In this document: positions 41,346-51,500 of the stretch, one piece after another | Numbering within the stretch: the stretch's first letter is position 1 | Layout: each line of letters starts with the position of its first letter | DNA from: a candidate division FCPU426 bacterium | Lineage (GTDB): Bacteria > Oederibacteriota > Muellerivitia > Muellerivitales > Muellerivitaceae | NCBI GenBank assembly: GCA_963796105.1 | Contig: CAWCKJ010000004.1 | Coordinates: 96,001 to 160,000 of the forward strand | Reading direction: 5' to 3' | DNA length: 64,000 bases | Translations under genes and position numbers: made by a program | Notes under the pieces: generated by a model | Told to the model about the DNA's origin: nothing | Databases searched by the model: none | The model's input: only the letters and a program-made list of their open reading frames with translations

Positions 41346-42809
41346 TTATTTCAAGTCTTGGGACCGGTCGGAAGGGATTTTGAAGGTTTGCCTGATTTCA
41401 TCCGTGGCCAGTTTTTCCTTTTCCGCGTCGATGATGATCCGCGAGCCGGACCAGTTGAAATCGTCGATCTCGATCACGTGGTAGCCGCCGGCTGGATTTT
41501 TCAAGGCCTCCAACAAATCCTTCATTTCTGAAATAGGGCATCCGTTAACTTTTTTTACGATGACATTCGTCAGCTTATCATACCCCTTGTTGATTTCATG
41601 CGGCAGGACGTGGCTCATAAGCACGACTTGCTTTTGTTCCGCCGAGGGAAGCCCGTGAACGGCCAGGTCCTGCAATTCCGGCTTGAAAGCGTCCCAATTG
41701 GCCGCCGAGAAATAGTTCATGGTTAGGGGTACGAAAACCAAGCCTCCCATCATGAGATAGGTGGGGTGACGCTCATCCTGCCGGTCGGGAAGGAGCTTCA
41801 CCGCGGGCTTCAAGGGCATCTTCACGTTCAGGGGCTTCCCGTCCCGGATGATGTCCAGGCTGATCTTCTCCCCGATGGAGTAAAAGGTAGCGAGGTAGAT
41901 CTCGGGGATCCTGCCCGTTTTTTTCAGGGTGATGTAGCCCTCATCATCAACCGGATTCCCGTCGATGGCCGTCAAAACGTCCCCTTCCCTCAAGACCCCG
42001 TCAGCCGACCCCCCGTAGAAAATCTTGGTGATGATTTCCCCTGTTTGTTTCGGTGAAATTTTGAAAAAGTCGCGTAGGGTCTGGTTTTTCAAATCCTGGG
42101 TGTAGAAACCCAGGTCTGGGAAGCCTTCATAAGGGCGCCCGCCCTGGATGCCCTTGAAAAACCTCTGGATCACGTTCACGGGAATAAGCGACCCGGTTTT
42201 ATCAGGTTTTCCCGTGGAATCGAAGGGGATCCCCACGAGCTTGCCCCCGTTGAAAACCGGACAGCCGTTGTTGGAGGCGTCGATGGCGGCGTTAGTCAGG
42301 ATGCCCGGCATGGAACGGCCCCCCTCGGAACTCCAGACCATTTCCAAGCCGGATACGGAGTCTTCCTTGATCGAAAGTTCATCTCCGCCTTGGATCACGA
42401 GCTTGTCGCCCCGTCCCGGCAGTTCGGCGTACTCCACGGGTTTGGTGTCCGTAAAGAAATCCCCGTCCTGCACGCTCAAGAGGGCCAGGTCCAGGTCGAA
42501 CCCCACCTGCTCCACCTGGGCCACATACCGCTTGGTTTCCCCAAATTTCTCCACCTCGATGTAATTTCCCTTGTTGACCATGTGGGCAGTGGTGAGGATT
42601 CGCTTCCCCGGCAGGATGGTCCCGCATCCCCTCAACTGGACCTCCGAGCCCGGCTTCCAGGGCTCGTAATAGTCGACGCTTTGGGCCGCCGTGTACACCT
42701 TGACCACGGACTTTCTCGTGGTCTCATCGCCTCCCCAAACCCTGGCGCAGAAGAACAAGCCGAGTCCTAATACCAGCGTGATCCTCAAACAAGGGAAAGC
42801 GGTCCTCAT
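41346..42809 (-). CDS. Deg/HtrA-like trypsin + PDZ protein lacking catalytic Ser (pseudoprotease)
   Basis: ILTTAH and DLALL are present, but AAINPGNSGGP is replaced by AAIDASNNGCP; paralog of the upstream gene. Confidence 0.8.
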   Translation of the reverse strand: MRTAFPCLRITLVLGLGLFFCARVWGGDETTRKSVVKVYTAAQSVDYYEPWKPGSEVQLRGCGTILPGKRILTTAHMVNKGNYIEVEKFGETKRYVAQVEQVGFDLDLALLSVQDGDFFTDTKPVEYAELPGRGDKLVIQGGDELSIKEDSVSGLEMVWSSEGGRSMPGILTNAAIDASNNGCPVFNGGKLVGIPFDSTGKPDKTGSLIPVNVIQRFFKGIQGGRPYEGFPDLGFYTQDLKNQTLRDFFKISPKQTGEIITKIFYGGSADGVLREGDVLTAIDGNPVDDEGYITLKKTGRIPEIYLATFYSIGEKISLDIIRDGKPLNVKMPLKPAVKLLPDRQDERHPTYLMMGGLVFVPLTMNYFSAANWDAFKPELQDLAVHGLPSAEQKQVVLMSHVLPHEINKGYDKLTNVIVKKVNGCPISEMKDLLEALKNPAGGYHVIEIDDFNWSGSRIIIDAEKEKLATDEIRQTFKIPSDRSQDLK

Positions 42810-44335
42810 TGGCTTCCTCCCTTCAGGTCGGCCGAGCGGTCGCTGGGGATGCCGTACTTGTCCAGGATATCCTCCGTGGCCTGCTTGGACTTGGCCGCGT
42901 CGAGGATGATCTGGGTCCCGACTTCCCTGGGCTTGTCGATCTCGATGATATGCCGGCCGTCCTGGGGGTCCTCGAAGGCCGCGATCAAGTCCTTCATCTC
43001 GGAGATGTTGTGCCCGTTCACCTGGGTGACGATGAGGTTGCTGAATTTGGAGTCGTAACCCTTGTTGATGGAGCCCGAGAGGATGTGGTTGATCAGGATG
43101 ACCTGCTTGCGGTTTTCCGAGGGAAGGCCGTGGAAATAAAGGGCCTTCAGGTCCGTGGAGGTATCCTTGCCGATACCGGGATAGTTCGAGTTGAACGGCG
43201 TGAAAATAAAACCGTCGAAGATGAAATAGGTCGGCTGTTTGTCGTATTGGACGAGGGGGATCAGGCGGGACTCTTCCTTCAAGGTCACGGTTAAATCCAG
43301 GGGTTTCTTGTCCCTCAGGACTTTTAATTTCATCTTGTCCCCGATATGGCGCAAACAGAGGGGATAACTGAAATGGATTCTCTCCCCTTTCCGGAAGGAA
43401 ATGGTCCCGTCGTTGGCGATGGGGTAACCGTCGATGGACATCAGGATGTCGTTTTCTTGGACCTTCTCCCAGGCCGAGGAGTGATAGATGACCTTGGAGA
43501 CCAAAAGTCCCGTCTGGTCCGGCTTCATGCCGTAATAGGACCTCAGGGTGTCGTTCTCCATGTCCTCTCCGTAGATCCCCAGTGTCGGGATTCCCCGGTA
43601 AGCGCCGTTCTTGATCTCATCCAGGAATCTCTTGATAACCGGAACCGGGACGAAAAAGCCGGTGTTCTGGGCCACCACCGCGTTGTAGCCCTGGAACGCC
43701 ACGCCCACCATCTTCTTGTCCTTGAATACCGGGCCCCCGCTGTTGCCGGGATTGATGGCCGCGTCCGTTTGGACGTCCAGGAGGTACCGCCCGGAGTGGG
43801 CATAGGTGGATATCTCGATCCTGGAAACGACTCCCTCGGTGATGGAAAGCTCCTCCCCTCCCAAGGGAAACCCGTAAACCGCGACCTTGTCCCTCTTGAA
43901 AGCCAGTCCCCCGAAGGTGACAGGCAGGGTGCCGGTAAAGAAATCCTCGTCGATCACCTTGAGGATGGCCAGGTCGCAGTCATGGGCCACGAATTCCCTC
44001 TTGGCGATGTATTTTCGGCTGTCCCCTTCCTTAAGCACCTCGATGAAAATCGCGTTGGAGACCACGTGAGCGTTGGTAAGTATCCGGTTCCCCTTGAGGA
44101 CGCATCCGCTCCCGCTCATGAATTGAGAGGAACCAATCCGCCAAGGCTCGTAGTAGTTGGGCTCCTGCGCGGTCGTGAAAATCTTGACCAGGGACTTCTG
44201 GAGAAGGTCGCCTGCCGCCCAGGAATGGCTGGGGGCGAGGGCAAACAAGGATAGGGAGAGAAGGCCGATGATTCGAGCGGCCGTGGACAACCGGCCGGAT
44301 TGAAAGCCATTCATTTTTCGAGAGTTCTTATTCAC
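42806..44335 (-). CDS. Deg/HtrA serine protease (plant Deg2/Deg9-like, PDZ domains)
   Basis: ILTNAHVV, CDLAIL, G.P.GG..LSITEGVVSRI, Q.DAAINPGNSGGP, Deg2-like C-terminal PDZ. Confidence 0.92.
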   Translation of the reverse strand: MNKNSRKMNGFQSGRLSTAARIIGLLSLSLFALAPSHSWAAGDLLQKSLVKIFTTAQEPNYYEPWRIGSSQFMSGSGCVLKGNRILTNAHVVSNAIFIEVLKEGDSRKYIAKREFVAHDCDLAILKVIDEDFFTGTLPVTFGGLAFKRDKVAVYGFPLGGEELSITEGVVSRIEISTYAHSGRYLLDVQTDAAINPGNSGGPVFKDKKMVGVAFQGYNAVVAQNTGFFVPVPVIKRFLDEIKNGAYRGIPTLGIYGEDMENDTLRSYYGMKPDQTGLLVSKVIYHSSAWEKVQENDILMSIDGYPIANDGTISFRKGERIHFSYPLCLRHIGDKMKLKVLRDKKPLDLTVTLKEESRLIPLVQYDKQPTYFIFDGFIFTPFNSNYPGIGKDTSTDLKALYFHGLPSENRKQVILINHILSGSINKGYDSKFSNLIVTQVNGHNISEMKDLIAAFEDPQDGRHIIEIDKPREVGTQIILDAAKSKQATEDILDKYGIPSDRSADLKGGSQ

Positions 44336-44555
44336 GTATTAAACACCTTTGCTTAAGGTCATCGGTCTCTTTGGACCGCGGATATGATAATGGATATCCC
44401 GATTTTTTGCCGTATTTTCGCTATTTATTCTTGGGCTTCACCGGTACTTATCCTCCACCCTTCCCATTTGCCCCGCTGTGTTCTTTGTTTTTACTTTTTC
44501 AAACATCCATCCATTCCCCTTTGGCCCCATAGCCTCCTTAAGTTATGCTAACTCC

Positions 44556-46901
44556 ATGAAATTTCCAGGCTCCGAGACCCTCAAAAAAGTCCTTCTTTCT
44601 CCCGCCTCCAACCGCAAGGCCTTAGGCGCCCTGGTCCTGGCCCTGGCGGTCCTGGCCCTTTTCGGCAGGGCCCTTTTCTCCCTAGATACCTTGGTTTCCA
44701 ACAAGGATTTTTCCCTCGCCAACCAGTTCTACGCCTGGCGGGAATTTGGTTTCTCCGAATTGGCGAAGGGGCATCTGGCTCTTTGGGACCCCTACCTCTT
44801 TTGCGGGGCGCCCTTTTTCGCGGGTTTCCAGTCCGCCCTCCTCTATCCTCCCAATTGGCTCTTTCTCATTCTTCCCCTGGTTTTCGCCTTGAACTTTTCC
44901 ATCGCCCTCCACGTTTTCTTGGCCGGTTTTTTTACCTACCTATGGCTGGGCGCGAACCGCTTGAGCTGCCTGGCTTCCCTTTTCGGCGCTTTCGTCTTCA
45001 TGTTCGGCGGCGCCTTTTTCCTCCATGTCTATGCCGGCCACATGCCCAACCTTTGCACCATGGCCTGGATACCCCTGATCTTCCTCTGGGTGGAAATTCT
45101 CCTGGATTCCCCCACCCTTAAAAATGTCCTGGTGGGCATCGCTATCCTCTCCCTCCAGATCCTATCCGGACACGCCCAATATCTTGATTACACCTTTTTC
45201 CTGGCGGGGCTCTATGCCCTGTTTCTCATTTACAAGAACCAGGAGAACCGTTTGAGAAAAATTTTCTGCGGGCTCTCCATGCTCCTGGGAAGTTTCGCCC
45301 TCACCGCCATCCAATGGCTCACGACCCTGGGGGCCCTCGGCGAGAACCTCCGGAACATCGAGGGCTCCCTGGAATACCAGCGGATCTATTCCCTCCCCTT
45401 CGTGAACGCCTTGACGGTCATGGCCTCGGGACTTGCCGGAAAGAATGTCCGTTTCGCCTGCATGCCGTCCCGTTATTGGAATGAGGCCTGCCTATTCATC
45501 GGCATCGTGGCTTTCCTGGCGGCCCTTTACTCCCTGGCCAGGGGAGAAAACCATAAGGAAAAAAAATGGGTCATTCTGGGTCTGGGACTGTTCGCGCTAT
45601 TGCTAGCCTTTGGTTTTCATACCCCCCTTTATCCCCTCCTGAACCAATGGATTCCCTCTTTCAACTCCTTCCGGGGCAGTTATAAGTTCGCTATTTTTTT
45701 CCAATTGGCTTTCTCATTCCTCGCGGCGCTGGGAATTCAAGCCTGGTTGACCGACGCGAAGAAAGTGATTTGGCCCGCCCACCTGGCCCTCGGACTAGGA
45801 GTGGTCTTCCTGGCAGCCGCCCTTTTGGAATTCCGGGGATCCGGTTTGGAGGGAATTCCGGACACTCTCACCCTTAATGATTTGTTCCCCCTTTCATCGC
45901 AAGATCCCCGGTACCTGGAGCAATTGTCCGCGGCGAAGATCGTCAACCTGGCCGGCGCTTCCATCCTGTTGCTTGTATTTGGCCTTGTCTGGATGGCAAG
46001 ACCCCTTGGGGAGGGGAGAAAATACGCCCTGGCCTTGCTGGGCATGGTGAACCTCTGGGCCTTCGGCTGGTCCAACCTATCGGGGTTCAACGCCAAGGAG
46101 ATGTTGACCTGGCAGTCCGGGATCAGGGATAACCTGGCCCAAAACCTGGGGGACAACCGGGTTGATTGGGTGCTCAACGGCAACCGCGCCCTTTCCACGA
46201 GATTGCCGGATATCTGGGGCGACGACCCCCTGGTCCCCAAAAGGTACAATTACTTCATCACCTATTCGGGCAACCCATCAGCGGATGAGTCCGAGGACCC
46301 CTCCGCCAAAAAAGTTAACCTGACCGCCCCAAAAATCCGGTTGATCCGACTGATGAAGTTATTGGTCTATAAAAACGGCGGGATGAACCTGAACGAGATG
46401 ACCTATCCCCTCCTGCCCCGGGCCTTCTTGGCGGGGCGGTGGAAATGGGAGGGCACCCCCCAGGATCTGATGAATGATATTTCCCGGCCTGGTTTCGACC
46501 CAGGGGACGAGGTCCTGCTGGAAAAGGCTCCGACCCCATTGCCCGAGGAAAACCCGGGCCAGGGGAAGGTCTGGCTCCAGGACAAGACCACGGATGAGGT
46601 GGAATTCCGCGTCCAAACCGAAAAACCCCAGATCCTCATGGTGACCGACAACTATTGCCAAGGGTGGAAAGCCCTGGCCTACCCCGACAGCTCCCAGCAA
46701 ACCTACGAAGTGATGCCGGGTGATTATTTCGGCCGGGCCATCCCGCTGAGCGCCGGGAGCCACCACTTTCTCATGAAATACGAACCGGGCGCTTTCATCG
46801 TCGGGAAGTGGATATCCATAGCTTCACTCCTTACTTACTTCCTGGCCTGGGGATGGTGGTGGAGAAAAAATTGGAATGGCAAATTCATCTCAAACCATTG
46901 A
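44556..46901 (+). CDS. YfhO-like GT-C membrane protein
   Basis: G.L.LWDPY..CGAPF.A..QS..LYPPN, many TMs, C-terminal L...DNY..GWKA...R...LSAG.H...Y.P. Confidence 0.75.
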   Translation: MKFPGSETLKKVLLSPASNRKALGALVLALAVLALFGRALFSLDTLVSNKDFSLANQFYAWREFGFSELAKGHLALWDPYLFCGAPFFAGFQSALLYPPNWLFLILPLVFALNFSIALHVFLAGFFTYLWLGANRLSCLASLFGAFVFMFGGAFFLHVYAGHMPNLCTMAWIPLIFLWVEILLDSPTLKNVLVGIAILSLQILSGHAQYLDYTFFLAGLYALFLIYKNQENRLRKIFCGLSMLLGSFALTAIQWLTTLGALGENLRNIEGSLEYQRIYSLPFVNALTVMASGLAGKNVRFACMPSRYWNEACLFIGIVAFLAALYSLARGENHKEKKWVILGLGLFALLLAFGFHTPLYPLLNQWIPSFNSFRGSYKFAIFFQLAFSFLAALGIQAWLTDAKKVIWPAHLALGLGVVFLAAALLEFRGSGLEGIPDTLTLNDLFPLSSQDPRYLEQLSAAKIVNLAGASILLLVFGLVWMARPLGEGRKYALALLGMVNLWAFGWSNLSGFNAKEMLTWQSGIRDNLAQNLGDNRVDWVLNGNRALSTRLPDIWGDDPLVPKRYNYFITYSGNPSADESEDPSAKKVNLTAPKIRLIRLMKLLVYKNGGMNLNEMTYPLLPRAFLAGRWKWEGTPQDLMNDISRPGFDPGDEVLLEKAPTPLPEENPGQGKVWLQDKTTDEVEFRVQTEKPQILMVTDNYCQGWKALAYPDSSQQTYEVMPGDYFGRAIPLSAGSHHFLMKYEPGAFIVGKWISIASLLTYFLAWGWWWRKNWNGKFISNH

Positions 46902-46991
46902 CCATTCCGCCTTATTGAAAGATACCTGGAACCGTGGGATATAATGAGACTAAATTCATAACATCATCACGTTTATTTCAAGGCAGTTAAA

Positions 46992-47272
46992 ATAGCCCTT
47001 GTTTTCGGATGGGATGTGGACCAGTCAGCTATTAATCTTAAAAAACATGGTGTATCCTTTGAGGAAGCCGCCACTGTGTTGAGCGACCCATTATCCTTTA
47101 CCTTCGATGATCCGGGCCATTCATTGACTGAACATCGCTTTATAACGATAGGCCTATCAACGGATGGGAGGACCCTGGTATTTTCACATACTGACAGGGG
47201 ACATTTAATAAGGCTCATTAGCGCCCGAAAGCGACAAGGCGAGAGAGGAAGTTCTATGAGAAAGAAAAATAA
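46992..47272 (+). pseudogene. BrnT-family toxin, degraded (ATA in place of start, 1-nt deletion fusing it to the antitoxin)
   Basis: (ATA)ALVFGWD....NLKKHGVSFEEA..D..HS..E.RF..IG..IRLISARK. Adding one A at 47228-47230 gives the canonical ARKATRRERKFYE and a stop at 47270-47272. Confidence 0.8.
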
Positions 47273-47474
47273 AAACGAATTGCGGTCGGAATACGACTTT
47301 CAGCGGTTAAAAGGCGGTGTGAGGGGAAAATACGCGGATCAATACCATTCAGGGACCAATCTCGTCCATTTGGATCCCGACGTTGCCAAAGTTTTCGAAA
47401 ACGCCGAGTCGGTCAACCAGACCCTGCACTCATTAATTAAATTCGCCAAAACCCAAATGGCGCATAGCCGCTGA
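47256..47474 (+). CDS. BrnA-like antitoxin
   Basis: ELR.EYDF..L.G.VRGKY....GTN.V.LDPDVA..F..AESVN..L; typical partner downstream of BrnT. Confidence 0.75.
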   Translation: MRKKNKNELRSEYDFQRLKGGVRGKYADQYHSGTNLVHLDPDVAKVFENAESVNQTLHSLIKFAKTQMAHSR

Positions 47475-47562
47475 TTATCCTGCGTTTTATTCCCCCTCAC
47501 CCAAACATCGCGGGATTCTCCATTTATTGAGCCATAATTGATCCATCTTTAGGAGGCGGAAA

Positions 47563-47934
47563 ATGAGCGACAAATCCCAGATTCAATGGCTTCCGGAACC
47601 CGAGGATAAGGACTATCCGGCGGCCCAATCCTACCTGAGCCTTTTCCATACCGAAACCGAGACCATCGGTTTTGTGAAGAAGCTCAAGGACGCCAAGATC
47701 ACCCAGTTCAAGGCCAAGGACATTTTCCGGGCCTCGGGACTGTCGCTGTTGGGCGTCAGCAACTACCACGTCGGCAAGGACCAGCAGAAAATCAAGGATG
47801 GTAAAGCCCTCTCACCACTCCTGTTGGTCCGGGACCCCCAGAACGGAAAGGTCGTCATCGCCGACGGCTACCACCGCCTCTGCGCGGTCTATTCCTTCAA
47901 CGAGGATGAGCTGATCCCCTGCAAAATCGTTTAG
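47563..47934 (+). CDS. Small ParB/sulfiredoxin-like domain protein
   Basis: LSP.LLV...VIADGYHRLCA motif; AGGAGG RBS. Confidence 0.7.
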   Translation: MSDKSQIQWLPEPEDKDYPAAQSYLSLFHTETETIGFVKKLKDAKITQFKAKDIFRASGLSLLGVSNYHVGKDQQKIKDGKALSPLLLVRDPQNGKVVIADGYHRLCAVYSFNEDELIPCKIV

Positions 47935-47972
47935 CCGTTTCTTACCCAAAAACTATGTCTAAATTTTTTAAA

Positions 47973-48184
47973 TTAAAATCGTTGAGTCAATGTCAAACCG
48001 GGCGAGTGGGTGTGGGGTAATAAAATCATTGATAAATTTTGATCCGGCACGACCTCGTGGTTGTAACGCAACACGGCGTCTGTCCTGCACTTATCCGCGT
48101 CACTCTTCAACATAAATCCGATGGCGACAGCAACAACTCCCGAGCCTGTGAGTAACCAAAATGGCGTTTGATCAGCGCCTTTAG
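47973..48184 (-). pseudogene. 3' half of membrane-protein gene split by the IS1380 transposition unit
   Basis: Manual translation: (K)GADQTPFWLLTGSGVVAVAIGFMLKSDADKCRTDAVLRYNHEVV...TQRF*; in frame with 53963-54379 across the TTTAG duplication. Confidence 0.85.
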
Positions 48185-48211
48185 AGCCTATTTACCCTTT
48201 ACCGGGTGATA

Positions 48212-48272
48212 AGGCCCCGGGCTTGCCCGGGGCCTAGCCGTGTACTTGGCCGGGGTCATGCCCCGGCCAAGT
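48212..48272. repeat. Two adjacent GC-rich REP-like hairpins
   Basis: AGGCCCCGGGC-TT-GCCCGGGGCCT (48212-48235) and ACTTGGCCGGGG-TCATG-CCCCGGCCAAGT (48244-48272). Confidence 0.7.
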
Positions 48273-48420
48273 GGCAGCTCGGTCCAAGTACTCAAAGGTC
48301 ATCCAGTCGTATCCTGGATTTGATCCGATAGTATTTAAAGTAGAAAAGGGAGAGCTGTCCCTTGACGGTGTCAACGCCATTTCAAACCCCATCCGCGCAT
48401 TCCGCTTTGGGAGGGATCAT

Positions 48421-48452
48421 AAAAAAACACCGCCCCGGGGTGCGGGGCGGTG
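48421..48452 (-). terminator. Intrinsic terminator of the lipoprotein gene
   Basis: CACCGCCCCG-GGGTG-CGGGGCGGTG followed by a U7 run on the minus strand. Confidence 0.75.
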
Positions 48453-48548
48453 CCGGTGCTTCACGATCGTTATTGGACCTTGTGTGATCTTCACCATCAG
48501 AAGGGGGCTTGGCCCTCCCCGGCGAAGCGTACCTAAGAATGTCCCGTT

Positions 48549-51500
48549 TTATTGGAACGCCATGACCGTGGCGTTACCGCCGCTGTTGCCATCCGAAAAA
48601 GCCACGTAAGTCGTGCCGTTGGGGGAAAATGCCAAGGACGTATAACTGGCCGATCCGGCGGAGAAACCCGCGCTCCCCACGTTCGCCCAACCACTCCCGG
48701 TGAAGCCCATGACTGTGGCTTGGTTACCGTTTGCGTAATCCTGAAAAGCCACGTAGGGTTTGCCGGAATAAAAAGCCAGAGACGTATAATTGGCCGTCCC
48801 GGCGGAAAATCCCGCGTTCCCCACGTTTTGCCAACTGCCCGAGGTGTATTCCATGACCGTGGCTTTATAATCATTGCCGCAATCCTGAAAAGCCACGTAG
48901 GGATTGCCGTAGGCATCAATAGCCAGCGACGTATAATTGGCCGGCCCGGCGGAAAAGCCCTCGCTCCCCACGTTTTGCCAACCGCCCGAGGTGTACTCCA
49001 TGACCGTGGCTTTATAATCATTGCCGTATGCGTAATCCTCAAAAGCCACGTAGGGCTTGTTGTTGTACATGGCCAGCGATATATAATTAGCTTCCCCCGA
49101 GGAGAAATCCGGACTCCCTACATTCACCCAATTTCCTCCGATGTACGCCATCACCGAGGCTTTATTGCCGTTCGCTTGATCCTGGAAAGCCACGTATTGC
49201 GTGCCATAGCCGTCAAAAGCCAGCGACGTATAATTAACCCCTCCGGGGGCAAAACCAGCGGTCCCCAGGGTCGCCCAACCGGACCCGCTGTCATACATGA
49301 CCGTGGCGTTACCACCAACATTCCCATCCGAATAAGCCAAGTAGGGCGCGGTGCCGCTGATGTTAAAAACCAGGGACGTATATTGGACCCAGGCGGCGGA
49401 AAAACCCGCGCTTCCATAATTTGCCCAACTGCCATTGCTGTATTCCATCACCGTGGCTTTAGTGCCGTTGGCGTCATCCCGAAAAGCCACGTAGGGATTC
49501 CCGTCGGTGTCAAAAGCCAGCGACGTATATTCGGCCTGTCCGGCGGAGAAGCCCGCGCTCCCCACGTTATTCCAGTTCCCGTGGGGGTTGTGCACGTTCA
49601 AGGTGGCGGTCGCCGTAGGGGTTGATGTGTTGGTCGGGGTTGATGTGATGGTGGGCGTTGCCGTGAAAGTCGGGGTATTTCCGCCGCAGTAATTCATATA
49701 AATACTAAACGAAACTTCATTTTCAACGGACCCTCCACTGGGGTAAGTTCCGGGAAAGGCCCCGAAACTGTAGCTCACGAATACGGTCTTATCCCCAAAA
49801 CCCGTAACCACCTGGGTGGAATTTTGAACCTGGCAAACTAGCCAATAAGTCCCCGCATTGAGGTAAGCCGCCGGAACCGGGATCGTGTTCCAGCCGTTGA
49901 CGGCCGATTGGGCCGCCCCCTGCGTAATAAGGCTGATGGGGCCCGTCGCCTCGCTACCGGAATAAAGGGCCGCGTTCACTTGGCCCGAGGCGCCGCTCAA
50001 ATAAACCGAAATACTCTCGATGCCCTCCCCGACTACCGGAATGTTCACCTCGTTTGCCCACAGGTCTCCTGCCCCGGGTATTAAATTCAGGTATGGGCTC
50101 GTGATTCCAGCTTGGGACGGCGACGAGCAATTAATCGTGGTACTGGTGGGTGTGAGTGTGGGTGTAGGGGTCACGGGAATAGTGATCGTGACGGCGTCGA
50201 TATAGACATTTCCCGTCGCCCCGGCGGCGATACCCGGAATATCAACGCCGAACTGGGAAATATGGTGGGTATCCACGGCACCCGTTGAGCCGGTTCCGCC
50301 GGACCCGGAAGTCAGGGGGATCAATTGCACCCACTTGCCGCCGGTCACATTGGTCCATTGGCCTTCAAAGAGATAAGTCGCGGAGGCCCCGCCCACGGCG
50401 GTCGCGCTTTCATCGAAAACTATGGCGCCGGTGTTGCCCAAACTGGCGTCGCAGTAAACATACGCCCCTATCGAGGCCCCGTTGAAATCCTGGGCGGTAC
50501 TATAGCTGACTTCAAGCTGCAAGGCCCCGGTTACCGCGGCTGAATTGGTGACGCTCACCGCCAATGCCCCCGAACTGCCGGTAGACAATTGGGCCGTGGA
50601 TATGCCGATGGTGTTGATATTCACGGTCGTGCCGCCGTAGGGATCCGAATGCCAGCAATCCATGCTGCTCGCGAAGGTATAGGTCGTCTGGAGCGTGGGC
50701 GCGTAGCAAATGGTGGGTGTGATGGTGGGCGTTGCCGTGAAAGTCGGGGTATTTCCGCCGCAGTAATTCATATAAATACTAAACGAAACTTCATTTTCAA
50801 CGGACCCTCCACTGGGGTAAGTTCCGGGAAAGGCCCCGAAACTGTAGCTCACGAATACGGTCTTATCCCCAAAACCCGTAACCACCTGGGTGGAATTTTG
50901 AACCTGGCAAACTAGCCAATAAGTCCCCGCATTGAGGTAAGCCGCCGGAACCGGGATCGTGTTCCAGCCGTTGACGGCCGATTGGGCCGCCCCCTGCGTA
51001 ATAAGGCTGATGGGGCCCGTCGCCTCGCTACCGGAATAAAGGGCCGCGTTCACTTGGCCCGAGGCGCCGCTCAAATAAACCGAAATACTCTCGATGCCCT
51101 CCCCGACTACCGGAATGTTCACCTCGTTTGCCCACAGGTCTCCTGCCCCGGGTATTAAATTCAGGTATGGGCTCGTGATTCCAGCTTGGGACGGCGACGA
51201 GCAATTAATCGTGGTGCTGGTGGGTGTTTTGGTGGGGGTATAGGTGGGAGTATTGATCGGGGTATTGGTGATCGTATTGGTGGGGGTATTGGTCGGCGAA
51301 TTGGTCGGCGAGGTCGACCCCGTGCTGGTAATAGTGGAAGTCGGAGTGTAGGAGGGCGGCGCGGGCGAATTCACGAATTGGATCTCGTCCACCTGGAAAT
51401 TGAACGGCTGTCCCCCGGGGACCTGGAATTGCATGTTGATGATCTTGGCCCAGTCCAAGGCCACGGGAGCGCCCCAACCCTGCTGGGACAACTGCGTGGT

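Noticed and set aside
47016..47474. Novel natural toxin-antitoxin fusion protein
   Set aside because: Explained by a 1-nt deletion plus loss of the toxin start codon.
49644..51227. DGR template/variable repeat pair
   Set aside because: The copies are essentially identical with no adenine-specific mismatch pattern, both are in-frame coding, and no reverse transcriptase is present.
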